Of a stretch of 45,593 nucleotides of DNA, positions 19,746-30,141 are shown piece after piece; positions within the stretch are counted from its first letter, which is position 1, and the number at the start of each line of letters is the position of its first letter. Location: contig MGGH01000022.1 in the NCBI GenBank assembly GCA_001792305.1, positions 15,916 through 61,508 on the forward strand, written 5' to 3'. The notes beneath the pieces were generated by a model. It saw nothing but the letters and a program-made list of their open reading frames with translations. It did not search any database and was not told the DNA's origin. Origin of the DNA: Candidatus Woesebacteria bacterium RIFCSPHIGHO2_01_FULL_39_23 (GTDB taxonomy: Bacteria > Patescibacteriota > Microgenomatia > UBA8517). Both the position numbers and the translations under genes were made by a program.

Positions 19746-20375
19746 TTACGGCTGCTTACCTTTCCAGATCCAAATCATAGCTTCCTTGAAAATAACGATC
19801 CACCAGAACAGCCAAAATACCCACGGAAAAAGCCACCAAACCCAGATCCACCACACCCACCAAATAAGCCAAAACTGCCAGGCCAGGAAAAGCCATGGGA
19901 TGAACCAAAAAACAGGTACCCAGAACCACCAAGGCCAAGGCCAGCCAAATCCCCAGAATTTAAACCGTGCCCATTGCCACCCTACAAAAACCCACACAAA
20001 AATCCACAAGACTCCAGCCAAGAAGCCCGTCACCCACCACCACGACAGCCAGTTACTCACTCTCGCGTCACCCTGATAATCTTTTGCTTTACTCTCCAAG
20101 TTGCTAACTTTATTTGGCAAATCCTGCAACTTCAAGAGCTCTTCTTCCAAAATATTCTGCGTCTCTTTTGTTGGTGGTACTTCTCCCTCTGGTTTTTGGT
20201 TGATAACTGTAGTTGACTGCGTAGGTTGGGGTAGTGGACTATGTATTCCCTGAAGTTCCATCTGACCGAATTCAGTTTTTATTTCCGCAGTTTGTCCCCA
20301 TACTTCACTTCCAAAAAAAGCTACAGTAAATAGCAATATCCCTACTAGACTAGTCATCCAAGCAAATTTTGTCAT
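19746..20375 (-). CDS. Extremely tryptophan-rich membrane protein
   Basis: SD AAGGAGGGGG, ATG, signal peptide, short coiled coil, then 31 Trp in the last 101 aa. Confidence 0.8.
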   Translation of the reverse strand: MTKFAWMTSLVGILLFTVAFFGSEVWGQTAEIKTEFGQMELQGIHSPLPQPTQSTTVINQKPEGEVPPTKETQNILEEELLKLQDLPNKVSNLESKAKDYQGDARVSNWLSWWWVTGFLAGVLWIFVWVFVGWQWARFKFWGFGWPWPWWFWVPVFWFIPWLFLAWQFWLIWWVWWIWVWWLFPWVFWLFWWIVIFKEAMIWIWKGKQP

Positions 20376-20478
20376 TTTTTTCGCCCCCTCCCTTGGTTGA
20401 GGGAAGTATAAACTTCTCCGGCAAAAAATGCTAGAGTTTTTCTAAAAGGTCAATCCGCCCTTTTTGGGCTTCCGAATA

Positions 20479-21072
20479 TCATCTTGTTTTTTTAAATATT
20501 CCCCATTCATGATGGTCCTCAATCATTTCCAGTCCAAACTCCGGAAGTTTCGCGTATCCTTTTTTCGCTTCCTCCCACAAAAGATCATCGGCCACCCAGT
20601 AGCCACCTATTTTTACTTTGGGGACCCACAAATTCAGTTCAGCTGTAATTGTTTCGATATTGTGTGCTGAATCCTGATGTAAAATATCAATCACATTGTC
20701 TGCAATCAAAAAGCCCGCATCCTGGCTTCGCATTCTAATTAGGCTACAAAAATCATCGACCTCGTTAACTCGAATAGCGTGAGTGCATTTTCTGTAAACT
20801 TCGATGTAGTTTATTTTCGACCAGTATTCATTATTCTCAGGTGAGTTTGTTCCTTCGAGTGATGCTTCTTTCCTCCAAGCGTCGATGCCCAGCGCAAATC
20901 CCGTTCCCTTTTGTTTGTGAGCAAGCGCCATTGGGATAAAACTTCGGCCTCCAAAAACCCCTAACTCACAAGTGATTTGTGAATTACTCTCAATAACCAA
21001 ATCAAAAAGCCGCTGCGCTTTTTTTGGTGTACACCAACCAGGAAGAGACTCAACTATTTTGCCCAATTTCAT
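20479..21072 (-). CDS. Class I SAM-dependent methyltransferase (Methyltransf_24-like)
   Basis: ELGVFGGRS, GIDAW, DILHQDSAH, GGYWVADD. Confidence 0.85.
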   Translation of the reverse strand: MKLGKIVESLPGWCTPKKAQRLFDLVIESNSQITCELGVFGGRSFIPMALAHKQKGTGFALGIDAWRKEASLEGTNSPENNEYWSKINYIEVYRKCTHAIRVNEVDDFCSLIRMRSQDAGFLIADNVIDILHQDSAHNIETITAELNLWVPKVKIGGYWVADDLLWEEAKKGYAKLPEFGLEMIEDHHEWGIFKKTR

Positions 21073-21339
21073 ATTCCCATTACCTATATTACTTCATCAA
21101 ATTCACCTTTCATCTTTTTCCGATTAAAAAACAGTCCTTCCCTTGACGGACCAAGCCAGAACCTGCTACCTCACGCTAAATCCGTAAATGGATTATAATT
21201 AACTTCCCACAAGCGATTCCCCTAAACCCGCTTCCTTCTGAAGAAACTGTCGCAACATCGATTTTTGAAACGTTACGCGATAGTCAGCAGGTTATACTAA
21301 AAACGTCTATGCTCACAGACTGGGGTGATTTCCAAGTTA

Positions 21340-21831
21340 CTACTCAATAATAACTTGATCTGTTACACCTTTTTCCCCAACTTGGAATTTTCCTTTCAAA
21401 GGTTTAATAACTTCCTTATTAAATATTTTTTGTTTTAGAATTTTCAGCACAGCCCGTGTGTCATCAATAATATCGTACCTATGAAGATAGCCAATTGGGA
21501 TCCATTTCAAGACCCCCTCTGAACAATCTGGTAACTTCTCTTTAGTATAAATTCCGTCGAAGTAAACAATTCTGTACCCTCTGGGCCAATAAGGACCACT
21601 GTCATATATAAAGTCTGCGACCATACGGAAATTCTTTACTTCGTTTTGACTAATTCCTGTTTCTTCAAACAATTCTCGAAGGGCGGCAATGGTAACATCT
21701 TCACCCCTTCCAATATGACCGCCAATTCCAGTCCACCTGTTTGGTGCAAATTTTGCACCGGCAAACCGTTTAAGAAGAACTATTTTTGTTCCACTTGGAT
21801 TAAGGAGTAAAACATTAGTATATTGATCCAT
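21340..21831 (-). CDS. NUDIX hydrolase (MutT-like)
   Basis: Intact Nudix box GGHIGRGEDVTIAALRELFEETGI; EGVLKW motif. Confidence 0.9.
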   Translation of the reverse strand: MDQYTNVLLLNPSGTKIVLLKRFAGAKFAPNRWTGIGGHIGRGEDVTIAALRELFEETGISQNEVKNFRMVADFIYDSGPYWPRGYRIVYFDGIYTKEKLPDCSEGVLKWIPIGYLHRYDIIDDTRAVLKILKQKIFNKEVIKPLKGKFQVGEKGVTDQVIIE

Positions 21832-21989
21832 CTAGTAATTCTATCAAAAAATGTAGTTTTCTTAAGATTTCAAACACATGGGTTCACTAAGTGGAATGAT
21901 TTTAGAACAGCAAATTGGATGGAAATCGTTGAATTCCCCGATTATATTCTCAAAGAAACACAACAGTTGCTTGCTTCCTAAGCAATGCT

Positions 21990-22151
21990 TTATTTGCAGT
22001 ATCCTTTCGCAAGTAAGTCAGTGCTCACTTTGCACTTTATATTATTAGGGTCTCTACTATCACGCCTCCAGTTGCCTGTTTCAACTGCTCTTTGGCAACT
22101 GTCCATATCTTTGTATTTAGCTGAGGTAAAACAATTTTCAAGGCTATACAT
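21990..22151 (-). CDS. Possible 53-aa four-Cys small protein
   Basis: MYSLENCFTSAKYKDMDSCQRAVETGNWRRDSRDPNNIKCKVSTDLLAKGYCK; TATCAT 9 nt upstream; hairpin right after the stop. Confidence 0.3.
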   Translation of the reverse strand: MYSLENCFTSAKYKDMDSCQRAVETGNWRRDSRDPNNIKCKVSTDLLAKGYCK

Positions 22152-22215
22152 AACGAGGTAATGATAAACTGACTTACAAAAACGACTTTTACACTGGGTG
22201 TGTTATGGCCTTAAT

Positions 22216-22848
22216 TCAATTACATGTACAGATTTTATAAGGGCCTCCCGCTGTTACATTGTCCATCTGTGCGTAAGTAGTGTCACTCGGGCAGCTACAT
22301 GAATCAGGAACAATCACCCCGGATGTTTTAATGCCGTTTTTCACAGAGTTACAGGGGGTTGCCATTTGAGCAGATGTAGCAAAACAGGTGGATTTTGGAA
22401 CCGTTCTTACCGTCGGATTTCCAATAGGATTAGGGCTTATTTTGGGCAATGTGATATATCCCATCTCAGATAGTATAAAGATAATAAATATACCCAGAAC
22501 AATTAGAATTGGAATTAATTGCATTATCTTAGATGGTTCTGATCTTACCTGTGCTGACTGATCACTTTCTTTCTTCTTTGTGTCATCTTCCAATCCACCA
22601 AATACAATGTAAAGAAAACCTCTCCAAATCCATTTTAACAACAAAAAATACAAAATCAGTGCTACTGCAATAAAGATAATATAGTTGGGATATAGGTCAA
22701 AAATGTCTTCCTGTATTAAGCTATTACAAACGACTATTCCTTTTCTTAATATAAATAGAGCTGCAATCAGTAACGGCAGTATTAAGAAAAATACTTTCGC
22801 CAACCTGTAATACCATTTTTGTTCTAAGGTTGATTTTTTTATTGCCAT
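22216..22848 (-). CDS. Membrane protein with Cys-rich C-terminal domain
   Basis: KWYYRLAKV, three TM segments, six Cys in the C-terminal ~57 aa. Confidence 0.75.
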   Translation of the reverse strand: MAIKKSTLEQKWYYRLAKVFFLILPLLIAALFILRKGIVVCNSLIQEDIFDLYPNYIIFIAVALILYFLLLKWIWRGFLYIVFGGLEDDTKKKESDQSAQVRSEPSKIMQLIPILIVLGIFIIFILSEMGYITLPKISPNPIGNPTVRTVPKSTCFATSAQMATPCNSVKNGIKTSGVIVPDSCSCPSDTTYAQMDNVTAGGPYKICTCN

Positions 22849-23058
22849 AGCTATTGGTTACAGACAATTATTTTTTATATTATACACCAATAGAAAGGGA
22901 AGGTTTTGTCCTTCCCGTTCTATTCTGCTCGCTAAGTGGGATGATTTTAGAACAATTCTACAAACTAATTTCTGATAATTTACACAATAACACAATGCCC
23001 GCATTTCTTGGACTCTTTCTTTGCAGTATAATCACAAGAGGATGGAGGTGATTCATAT

Positions 23059-23301
23059 ATGAAAACAATGACATGTAAACAATTATACGGACCATGTGAT
23101 GCGCTTATCCATGGTGCAACTGCTGAAGAAATGATGGAGAACAGTAAAAAACACGCGATGGAAATGGTTGCTAAGGGAGATAAAGTACATATTGACGCTA
23201 TGGAAGTTATGAAAAATCAACATATGAACATGAACCCTGAAGCAGTAAAACAATGGATGGAAAAGTTTCATGCAGACTTTGCTACACAGCCGAAAGATTA
23301 G
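23059..23301 (+). CDS. DUF1059 family protein
   Basis: MKTMTCKQLYGPCDALIHGATAEEM...H; SD GGAGGTG. Confidence 0.8.
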   Translation: MKTMTCKQLYGPCDALIHGATAEEMMENSKKHAMEMVAKGDKVHIDAMEVMKNQHMNMNPEAVKQWMEKFHADFATQPKD

Positions 23302-23331
23302 TAATTTCTTACAGATTTTAAGGCTAACTTG

Positions 23332-23403
23332 CTCCCCCGGTAGGACTCGAACCTACAACCTCGTCCTTAACAGGGACTCGCTCTACCATTGAGCTACAGG
23401 GGA
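23332..23403 (-). tRNA. tRNA-Asn(GTT)
   Basis: Full cloverleaf, loop CTGTTAA, GTTCGAG T-loop, discriminator G; CCA not encoded. Confidence 0.93.
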
Positions 23404-23456
23404 TTGTAAAAGTGCAAGCTAGATTTTATCACTGAGCACAGCTTAAATCCAGCCCT

Positions 23457-24290
23457 TTATTTCTTTAAATTAAGAAGATAATGGTTTGTTTCGTGGAGCT
23501 TAAAACCAATCTTTTTATAAAGACTGTTTGCGGCAACTCTTCTGGGATTAGTAGTCAACTCAACTACCTCTACACCCTGGGATTTAGCCCATCTGATCAG
23601 ATCCAAAAGAATATTCTCGCCATATCCCTTACCCCTATATTTCTCGTCTACAATCATATCTTCGACAACTGCCTGTTTGCGAAGAAGGGTCTGCCGGGGA
23701 AATATCCAGCCCAAACCCACTAACTTACCTTCCTTTTCAATTTTGCTCACATATCCATTCAGCACTGCTTTATAAATATTTTGCTCATCAACAACAGCGT
23801 TGGGATCAAGTTGAAAAATTAACTTTTTTATCTTAACAAAATCCCAAACAAATTTTTGCTTTAAGAATTTTAAAACCTTTTGATTTGAATCAAACGCCAC
23901 TGTTCTTAAAGTTTTTAACCTTCTCCAAACAATATCCGAGTTTTCGTCATCGTTAAGTTTGGGTTCGCCGTCCAATTCGACTAAATAAGACAGGTTGGTT
24001 ACCGGGAACTTGTAAACCTTATAAAACGATGTCCCGGTAAAAGAACCCATTAAGGTATATTCTTTACACCCTACTCCCAACTCTTCTTTTACCTCTCTCA
24101 AAAGCGCTTTTTCAGGAGTTTCACCTTTCTGCAAAAATCCGCCAAAAACATCCCACTTGCCATAAAACGGTTCTTCTTTGAGTTTCCTTTTTCCTAAAAG
24201 AATTTTTTCGTCTTTAATTATAATTGCGTTTACTGTCACTTTGGGATTTTCGAACGAACAAAGAAGACAGTCACATTTTTTTAGACGCAT
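23457..24290 (-). CDS. NUDIX hydrolase-GNAT acetyltransferase fusion
   Basis: GGFLQKGETPEKALLREVKEELG plus VDEKYRGKGYG and AANSLYKKIGF. Confidence 0.88.
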   Translation of the reverse strand: MRLKKCDCLLCSFENPKVTVNAIIIKDEKILLGKRKLKEEPFYGKWDVFGGFLQKGETPEKALLREVKEELGVGCKEYTLMGSFTGTSFYKVYKFPVTNLSYLVELDGEPKLNDDENSDIVWRRLKTLRTVAFDSNQKVLKFLKQKFVWDFVKIKKLIFQLDPNAVVDEQNIYKAVLNGYVSKIEKEGKLVGLGWIFPRQTLLRKQAVVEDMIVDEKYRGKGYGENILLDLIRWAKSQGVEVVELTTNPRRVAANSLYKKIGFKLHETNHYLLNLKK

Positions 24291-24334
24291 GAAGGAAATT
24301 GTATTAACTTAACCAAAAATTAACAACCGCTAAA

Positions 24335-25414
24335 TTATTCCAGATAATCCTGAAGTTTCTTGCGACGACTTGGGTGCTTGAGCTTTCGAAGCGCTTTTGC
24401 TTCTATCTGACGAATTCTTTCCCTTGTGACACCGAACACTCTTCCAACCTCTTCCAAAGTCATTTGTTTGCTGCCATCCAAACCAAAGCGAAGCTTTAAC
24501 ACTTTTGCCTCACGTTCTGTCAAGGTAGACAAAACTTCGTCCAAATGGTCTTTCAAAAGCTGTTTTGATGCCTGGTCTACTGGCGAAAGATGGGCTTCGT
24601 CCGGAATAAAGTCCCCCAAAACACTTTCCCCATCATCGCCCACTGGCGTCTCTAAACTTGTCACCTCCTGAGAAATCTTGAAAATTTCTCGGACTCTGTC
24701 CTCAGTCAATCCCATTTCCTCAGCAATCTCCTCAGGGGTTGGCTCCCGGCCTAATTCCTGCATAAGCTTGCGACTGGTGCGATAGAGTTTATTTATCGTC
24801 TCGACCATGTGCACAGGAATTCTTATTGTTCTTGCCTGGTCTGCTATCGCGCGGGTGATTGCTTGTCTTATCCACCAAGTAGCGTAAGTCGAAAATTTAT
24901 ACCCTCTGCGCCAGTCATATTTCTCAACAGCGCGAATTAGCCCCTGGTTACCTTCTTGAATAAGATCGAGGAGTGAAAGCCCGCGTCCGATGTATTTTTT
25001 GGCAATTGAGACAACAAGCCTGAGATTGCTCTCGGTCAGCTTGTCTTTGGCTCGTTTTTCGCCTTTTTCGTATCTTTTAGCAAGCTCTACCTCTTCTTCT
25101 GCATAAAGAAGGGGGACTTTCCCAATCTCGCGAAGGTATTGTCTAACAGGGTCTGTGGACTCCCCACCTTCGAGTTTTGAAAGAATCTCAATTTCTCTCT
25201 CAAGCTTTTCCTGTGACTCTCTACTAGTCTCAAGTTCCTCGGCACTAACCGATTCAAACACGTCAACACCCTCTGATAACAACTTATCGTAAAAGGTATC
25301 GAGTTCATCAATCCTTTCTTCAGCATCAGGAAAGGCCTCAAGAATATCCTCTTGTGTTAAAAATCCCTGCTCCCGGCCTTTTTTAAGAAGCTCTTGTGTG
25401 ACTTTTTTTACCAT
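24335..25414 (-). CDS. rpoD: Primary RNA polymerase sigma factor
   Basis: [44 protein letters not shown]; follows dnaG. Confidence 0.97.
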   Translation of the reverse strand: MVKKVTQELLKKGREQGFLTQEDILEAFPDAEERIDELDTFYDKLLSEGVDVFESVSAEELETSRESQEKLEREIEILSKLEGGESTDPVRQYLREIGKVPLLYAEEEVELAKRYEKGEKRAKDKLTESNLRLVVSIAKKYIGRGLSLLDLIQEGNQGLIRAVEKYDWRRGYKFSTYATWWIRQAITRAIADQARTIRIPVHMVETINKLYRTSRKLMQELGREPTPEEIAEEMGLTEDRVREIFKISQEVTSLETPVGDDGESVLGDFIPDEAHLSPVDQASKQLLKDHLDEVLSTLTEREAKVLKLRFGLDGSKQMTLEEVGRVFGVTRERIRQIEAKALRKLKHPSRRKKLQDYLE

Positions 25415-25441
25415 GGATACAAAAGAAATTATATCGCAAGT

Positions 25442-27214
25442 TTACTCTTCTTCAAGAGAAGCTCTCTTTCGAGCCAGATTATTAAACTTTTCCTTAACTT
25501 TTCTAAGCTTAATCTTTTCACCTTTCTTTTCGTAAAGAGCAATCTGTTTAATAAGTTCCACTTCCTGCCTTTTGATTCTTAACAGTTTGAGTTCTTTTTT
25601 TGTTCCATTAAATTCTCTTAGCAACTTATCTTCACCCGCTGACTCTTCCTCAGTAAACACTGCAAGTGAAAACCCGTCAAGTAACTCCTTAGGTAAAGAC
25701 TTGGCAAAACCCGAGAGTGTAAATTTTTTATTGGTATTTAGATACTTTTTCAAGTAGAAAAGTATCTTGGTCCACAAAGGTGTTTGGAAAAGATTCGAAA
25801 CAGAACTTACAAGAAGAGAGTTTGGATCTATTCTTGTACCTAGCGAGAAAACCTCTCTTTCCAGCAGCTCTTCGCGGCTTTTTGCTGGAATTCCAATGTG
25901 TGTATCCTCAATTAACTCGCTTTTTACGCCTTTGGCTCTTTCTTTTTTTTCAACTTCTTTAATTACCACTTCCATAGAGACATCAAGTTTTTGAGCAACC
26001 ACTTTTATGTAGTGGGCTCGAACTATCTCATCGGCGATACTACCCAAAATTGGCACTATTTCTTTGCTAATCAGCGATTTCTCTCTCCCTCCAATTTTGC
26101 GGTATTTTGAAAAAACCGAATCTATCAAAAAGTCCCAAATAGATATTGCTTCGTTAATGGCATTTTTGTAAAAATCAGCATCGCTTCTGGCTGCCTCATC
26201 TGGATCCTTGTATTTTCCAAGACGCGCAACTTTGATATTTAATCCAAGGTTTTGGGCAGTTTCTATCCCCCGCCTTGCGGCCAAGTTTCCAGCGATATCA
26301 GAATCAAGTGCTAAAACCGCTTCGCTCGTTATTCTTGTAAGCAGTCTTACCTGGTCCTCGGTAAAAGCTGACCCTTTGATTGCAACAACATTTTTAACAC
26401 CCACTTGCCATGAAGAAATTGCATCAAGCTCCCCCTCGACAATGACCACCAAGCCTTGTTCTTTAATCTTCTTTCTGGTTAAGTGGAACCCATAGAGAAG
26501 CTTGGATTTGTGGTAAACTTCCGTTTCGGGAGAGTTAATATATTTGGCCAACCTTTCGCTGTCTTTGCCCGGCAATATCCTCCCAGCCAAGCCGACAACA
26601 GCGCCCCTTGCGTCCGTCAGAGGGAAAATCACCCTTCCTCTAAACCGATCAATATAACTACCCCGAACCGCAACGACCAATCCAGCCTTCTCCAAATCAA
26701 AGGGTTTGAGGGATTTTTTCTTTGTCAAAAAACCATATAAGGCTTGAGGCACATCCGGGGCAAATCCCAAACCAAACTCCTTGATGGTCGCAAGCTTCAA
26801 ACCACGAGTTGTTAATAGATAATCTAAGGCGTTTTTGCCGAAGTTGTGATTTAAAAGTATAAATTTATAAAATTCACTTGCGAGTCTGTTGGTTTCTACC
26901 AGCTTTTCCTTATAACTTACATTGCTGTCTTCAACCCTTTCAAGCTTTACACCAACCCTGTCGGCTAACATTTTTAGGGCCTCGTAAAATTCCAGACCTT
27001 CTTGTTTTTGAATAAAAGAAATCGCATCCCCACCAAGACCACAGCCAAAACACTTCCAAATAGACAATTCCGGTGAGACCATGAAAGAAGGGGTTCTTTC
27101 CTGATGGAAAGGGCAATTTGCCTTAAAATTCCTTCCCGCACGAGCCAAGGTTACATATTCACCAATCAATGAAACTATATCGATCTTGGATTTTATCTCC
27201 TCAACCTGATCCAT
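25442..27214 (-). CDS. dnaG: DNA primase
   Basis: CHC2 zinc finger CPFH...CFGC, KYINSPET, TOPRIM EGELD, DSD, KDPDE. Confidence 0.97.
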   Translation of the reverse strand: MDQVEEIKSKIDIVSLIGEYVTLARAGRNFKANCPFHQERTPSFMVSPELSIWKCFGCGLGGDAISFIQKQEGLEFYEALKMLADRVGVKLERVEDSNVSYKEKLVETNRLASEFYKFILLNHNFGKNALDYLLTTRGLKLATIKEFGLGFAPDVPQALYGFLTKKKSLKPFDLEKAGLVVAVRGSYIDRFRGRVIFPLTDARGAVVGLAGRILPGKDSERLAKYINSPETEVYHKSKLLYGFHLTRKKIKEQGLVVIVEGELDAISSWQVGVKNVVAIKGSAFTEDQVRLLTRITSEAVLALDSDIAGNLAARRGIETAQNLGLNIKVARLGKYKDPDEAARSDADFYKNAINEAISIWDFLIDSVFSKYRKIGGREKSLISKEIVPILGSIADEIVRAHYIKVVAQKLDVSMEVVIKEVEKKERAKGVKSELIEDTHIGIPAKSREELLEREVFSLGTRIDPNSLLVSSVSNLFQTPLWTKILFYLKKYLNTNKKFTLSGFAKSLPKELLDGFSLAVFTEEESAGEDKLLREFNGTKKELKLLRIKRQEVELIKQIALYEKKGEKIKLRKVKEKFNNLARKRASLEEE

Positions 27215-27222
27215 TAAGGCAA

Positions 27223-28695
27223 TTATATCCTAAGGGAGCAATCAGAAGCTTTAAAAACCACTGCAACATTGTCTTTATAAACTTCCTTAAAGCCCTTATC
27301 TGTCAGCTCTTCTTTAAGTTTAAACGGTTCTTCCTTCTTAAATAAAATGCTATCGATTTTTCGAGCTAAAACAGAATACAAAGACTCTTTCTTGTCAACA
27401 GGAACCAGAACCGTACCTATACCATATTTATCAAACACCCTCTCAAAACCCATATCTCCAGATAGGACACCAGAATACTCCTTCATTGCCCAGTTAGCTT
27501 CCTTGGGCACACTTACATTCCATCGCCAGCTCGGCATCCGCCCGTCAATAAAAACTTTTGCTTCAGGCATCTTCCAGATAAGATATCCTCCCCAACCGTA
27601 ATCATTAAATACTCGACCACATACTCCATTTTGCTTTAGATAATAAATTGCCTCTCGGGGGTAAAAAGTGTCCTCGTTAAAGGACTCGGCCCCTCGAAGG
27701 GCGAAAAAGGCTTGAAGTAAAAATATTGCCAAACCACCGGCTATAGAAAATTTCAAAACTTTTCGTAAGCGAACTTGACCAAGTTTAATGTTACGTAAAT
27801 CTTCAATAAAATAATTCATCGCTTCAATCGTAATTGGCATCGCAATTACTACCCACAACGGCACATGACGCACACTTGAGAGGGCTTGAAACAGAAAAAC
27901 CAAATACAAAACCTTTTTCTCTAAAACGATTTTTCTTCTGTATATCCACAAAAAGACTCCCGACAAGGCAATCATTGCCATAAATGGGAGGTTAAACGAG
28001 AAAACAGCTGGCATCCACTCATTTATACTCCAGCGAAGGTTCGTGTCTGTAAATTGCATCCAGGCTTCTCTCCAAATACCAAAACCGTAAGGATTAATTA
28101 AAGTTGCTAAAGTACTGACAGTAACAATTAAAATATCCGCCATTAAGATTGATTCCAACCGTATACTTCTGGTTAAGACAAACACCCAAAGCACTGCCAC
28201 CCCGACAGCGTAGCTTCCGTGCATGTTAGCCCAAAAAATAATAAAAAAAGGAACCAGAAACCTGAATTTTTTCCAGAGGTTCTGCTTTCTAATTAAAAGA
28301 AATAAAAGGGATAAATAAAGCCAAGACTGAACTTGCGGTCTGACTCCAAAAAAAGGAAGGACTGAGGCTGTCGACAATAAAAATAGCAAAATATTGCCTT
28401 TCCCGGAAAGGGAAATTGCTGTAAAAGCGACTAAAGTAAAAATTATTGACAACCCCACCATGCCCATTTTGTTATAGAAAAAGTAGATCAGAGTGTTTGT
28501 CAGCCATTCATGATCTACAAAATGAAAAGATGACATGGTGTAGGAAAAAGGGTCCGTTTTTGGCACACCTATAGAAGTAACTATTTCGCCCATTCGGTAA
28601 TGCCACCCAAAATCCGGGTCTAAAAATACAAAGGCTTTGTACACAAAAACCAAAAAAACAAAAAATAAAATTATTAGTTTGATAATCCTATACAT
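27223..28695 (-). CDS. Polytopic membrane protein, probable GT-C-fold glycosyltransferase
   Basis: DPDFGWH after TM1, HEWL, WANMHG, WGGYLIW, VFIDGR; ATG 28695 coupled to the upstream stop. Confidence 0.7.
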   Translation of the reverse strand: MYRIIKLIILFFVFLVFVYKAFVFLDPDFGWHYRMGEIVTSIGVPKTDPFSYTMSSFHFVDHEWLTNTLIYFFYNKMGMVGLSIIFTLVAFTAISLSGKGNILLFLLSTASVLPFFGVRPQVQSWLYLSLLFLLIRKQNLWKKFRFLVPFFIIFWANMHGSYAVGVAVLWVFVLTRSIRLESILMADILIVTVSTLATLINPYGFGIWREAWMQFTDTNLRWSINEWMPAVFSFNLPFMAMIALSGVFLWIYRRKIVLEKKVLYLVFLFQALSSVRHVPLWVVIAMPITIEAMNYFIEDLRNIKLGQVRLRKVLKFSIAGGLAIFLLQAFFALRGAESFNEDTFYPREAIYYLKQNGVCGRVFNDYGWGGYLIWKMPEAKVFIDGRMPSWRWNVSVPKEANWAMKEYSGVLSGDMGFERVFDKYGIGTVLVPVDKKESLYSVLARKIDSILFKKEEPFKLKEELTDKGFKEVYKDNVAVVFKASDCSLRI

Positions 28696-30100
28696 AATAT
28701 CTACCGATATACGACTCGATTGTTCCCAAAATAACCAACGCTTGAATGACAACAACAAGCCACTTGGCTTTATTAGTCTCAAGCCAAAGGAATTTTCTTT
28801 TGGCTGCCGACTGCAACGCCAAAAACAAAGGTAACAATAAGGGCAAAAAGTACCTACCTTGGACTCCCAAAACAATCGGCACCTCAATATTTTTGGGTGT
28901 GTCGAAAATGTACATACTTGCAAAAATAAGGACGAAGGAAACCAAAACTGTATAAAAAAGTGAAGGTGATAAAAACTTACTTAATTTAATCTTCCCCACA
29001 TCCTGACCCACTAAAATAACTGCATTGAAAAGTATTAAAGCGTACACGCTCAATCTAAGAGAATATCCACCCCAACCGGTAATCCCGAGCATCGTCAATA
29101 AATATCCGTCAAAAAAAATAATAATTGAGTAAAGCATTGAAGAGAAAAAATGTGTTGGTTCTGACAAAATCCTTTGAACTTGAAAACTCGTGTCGTAAAC
29201 ATAACCGGAAGTATTTCTAACGGTAGACTCTGTTTCTAAAAAATACTGTTCCTTAAGACTTGCATCCATCTCGATTCTCTCAAGCTGGTAAGATAAAGTA
29301 AAAATATGCGTTAAGTAAAAAATAACACCCAGTACCAAAGCCAAAAAAGAGATAAGAATAAAAAATTTCTGCTTTATACCCATTTTAAAGTAAACCAAAA
29401 ACAGAGAAGCCAAAACTATTGGCAAATAAACAGGTTTTATGAAGGCTAGTGGACTAGCGATAATAAAAAATGTAATTATTTCCTTCCAACTAATTCCCTC
29501 TTTTCTTCTACAATTTAGCCTAATAGAGTAAGCAGACATAAGAAAACTTGACGACAAAATTAAGCCATCATAACCGACAGAGCTATAAAAAAGTGTGGCT
29601 GTTGGAATCAGCCCTAAGAAAAAAACTGTCTTTTTTGCAAGAGGTATCGTCTTGATAGCCAAACATACTATAAGTACCGATACTAAAAGATTTGATATCC
29701 TGCCTAAATAAAAACCTAAAAGTTGGTTGTTTACCGTGTCCCCCAGTTTTATCCCTACAGCAGCAATGGCATGACCCAGGGGAAAAGTATTACAAAGACC
29801 GTTTACACTCACAAGCCCTGATGTTTCGGGCTCTCTATAGTTTAAAATTCTACTGAAATCAAATTTTTGGTCTTTATGAAAAGCAATCCTCCCTAATTCG
29901 GAGTAACCTATTAAACTAATTTTCTTCTCACTTATTTTCAACTTTCCGTCCACACAACCCCACACTCCTTCGGCAATTGCCCCCGCCCTAATATAATGCC
30001 TTTGCTCATCCATTACTTCAAAAGGCGGAATAATAAAAACCGTTATCAAGCCCCAAGCCAAAGCGACAAATAAAAAGACTTTGTGTATTTCCAATTTCAT
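28688..30100 (-). CDS. DUF2142 family membrane protein (GT-C-like)
   Basis: PPFEVMDEQRH in the first loop; GVQGRYFLP near the C-terminus. Confidence 0.8.
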   Translation of the reverse strand: MKLEIHKVFLFVALAWGLITVFIIPPFEVMDEQRHYIRAGAIAEGVWGCVDGKLKISEKKISLIGYSELGRIAFHKDQKFDFSRILNYREPETSGLVSVNGLCNTFPLGHAIAAVGIKLGDTVNNQLLGFYLGRISNLLVSVLIVCLAIKTIPLAKKTVFFLGLIPTATLFYSSVGYDGLILSSSFLMSAYSIRLNCRRKEGISWKEIITFFIIASPLAFIKPVYLPIVLASLFLVYFKMGIKQKFFILISFLALVLGVIFYLTHIFTLSYQLERIEMDASLKEQYFLETESTVRNTSGYVYDTSFQVQRILSEPTHFFSSMLYSIIIFFDGYLLTMLGITGWGGYSLRLSVYALILFNAVILVGQDVGKIKLSKFLSPSLFYTVLVSFVLIFASMYIFDTPKNIEVPIVLGVQGRYFLPLLLPLFLALQSAAKRKFLWLETNKAKWLVVVIQALVILGTIESYIGRYYV

Positions 30101-30141
30101 CTCTTGATAATATCAAATTCGAGGTAATATATACTTGGCCT

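Noticed and set aside
19786-20216. His/Gln/Pro-rich plus-strand ORFs
   Set aside because: Antisense shadows of the TGG-rich gene, which has the SD and signal peptide
10400-23331. Prophage, classical integron or DGR
   Set aside because: No phage structural genes, integrase, canonical attC ends, reverse transcriptase or adenine-variable repeat pair seen
28696-28923. Extended start of the GT-C-like gene
   Set aside because: Overlaps the DUF2142 gene; ATG 28695 is coupled to its stop
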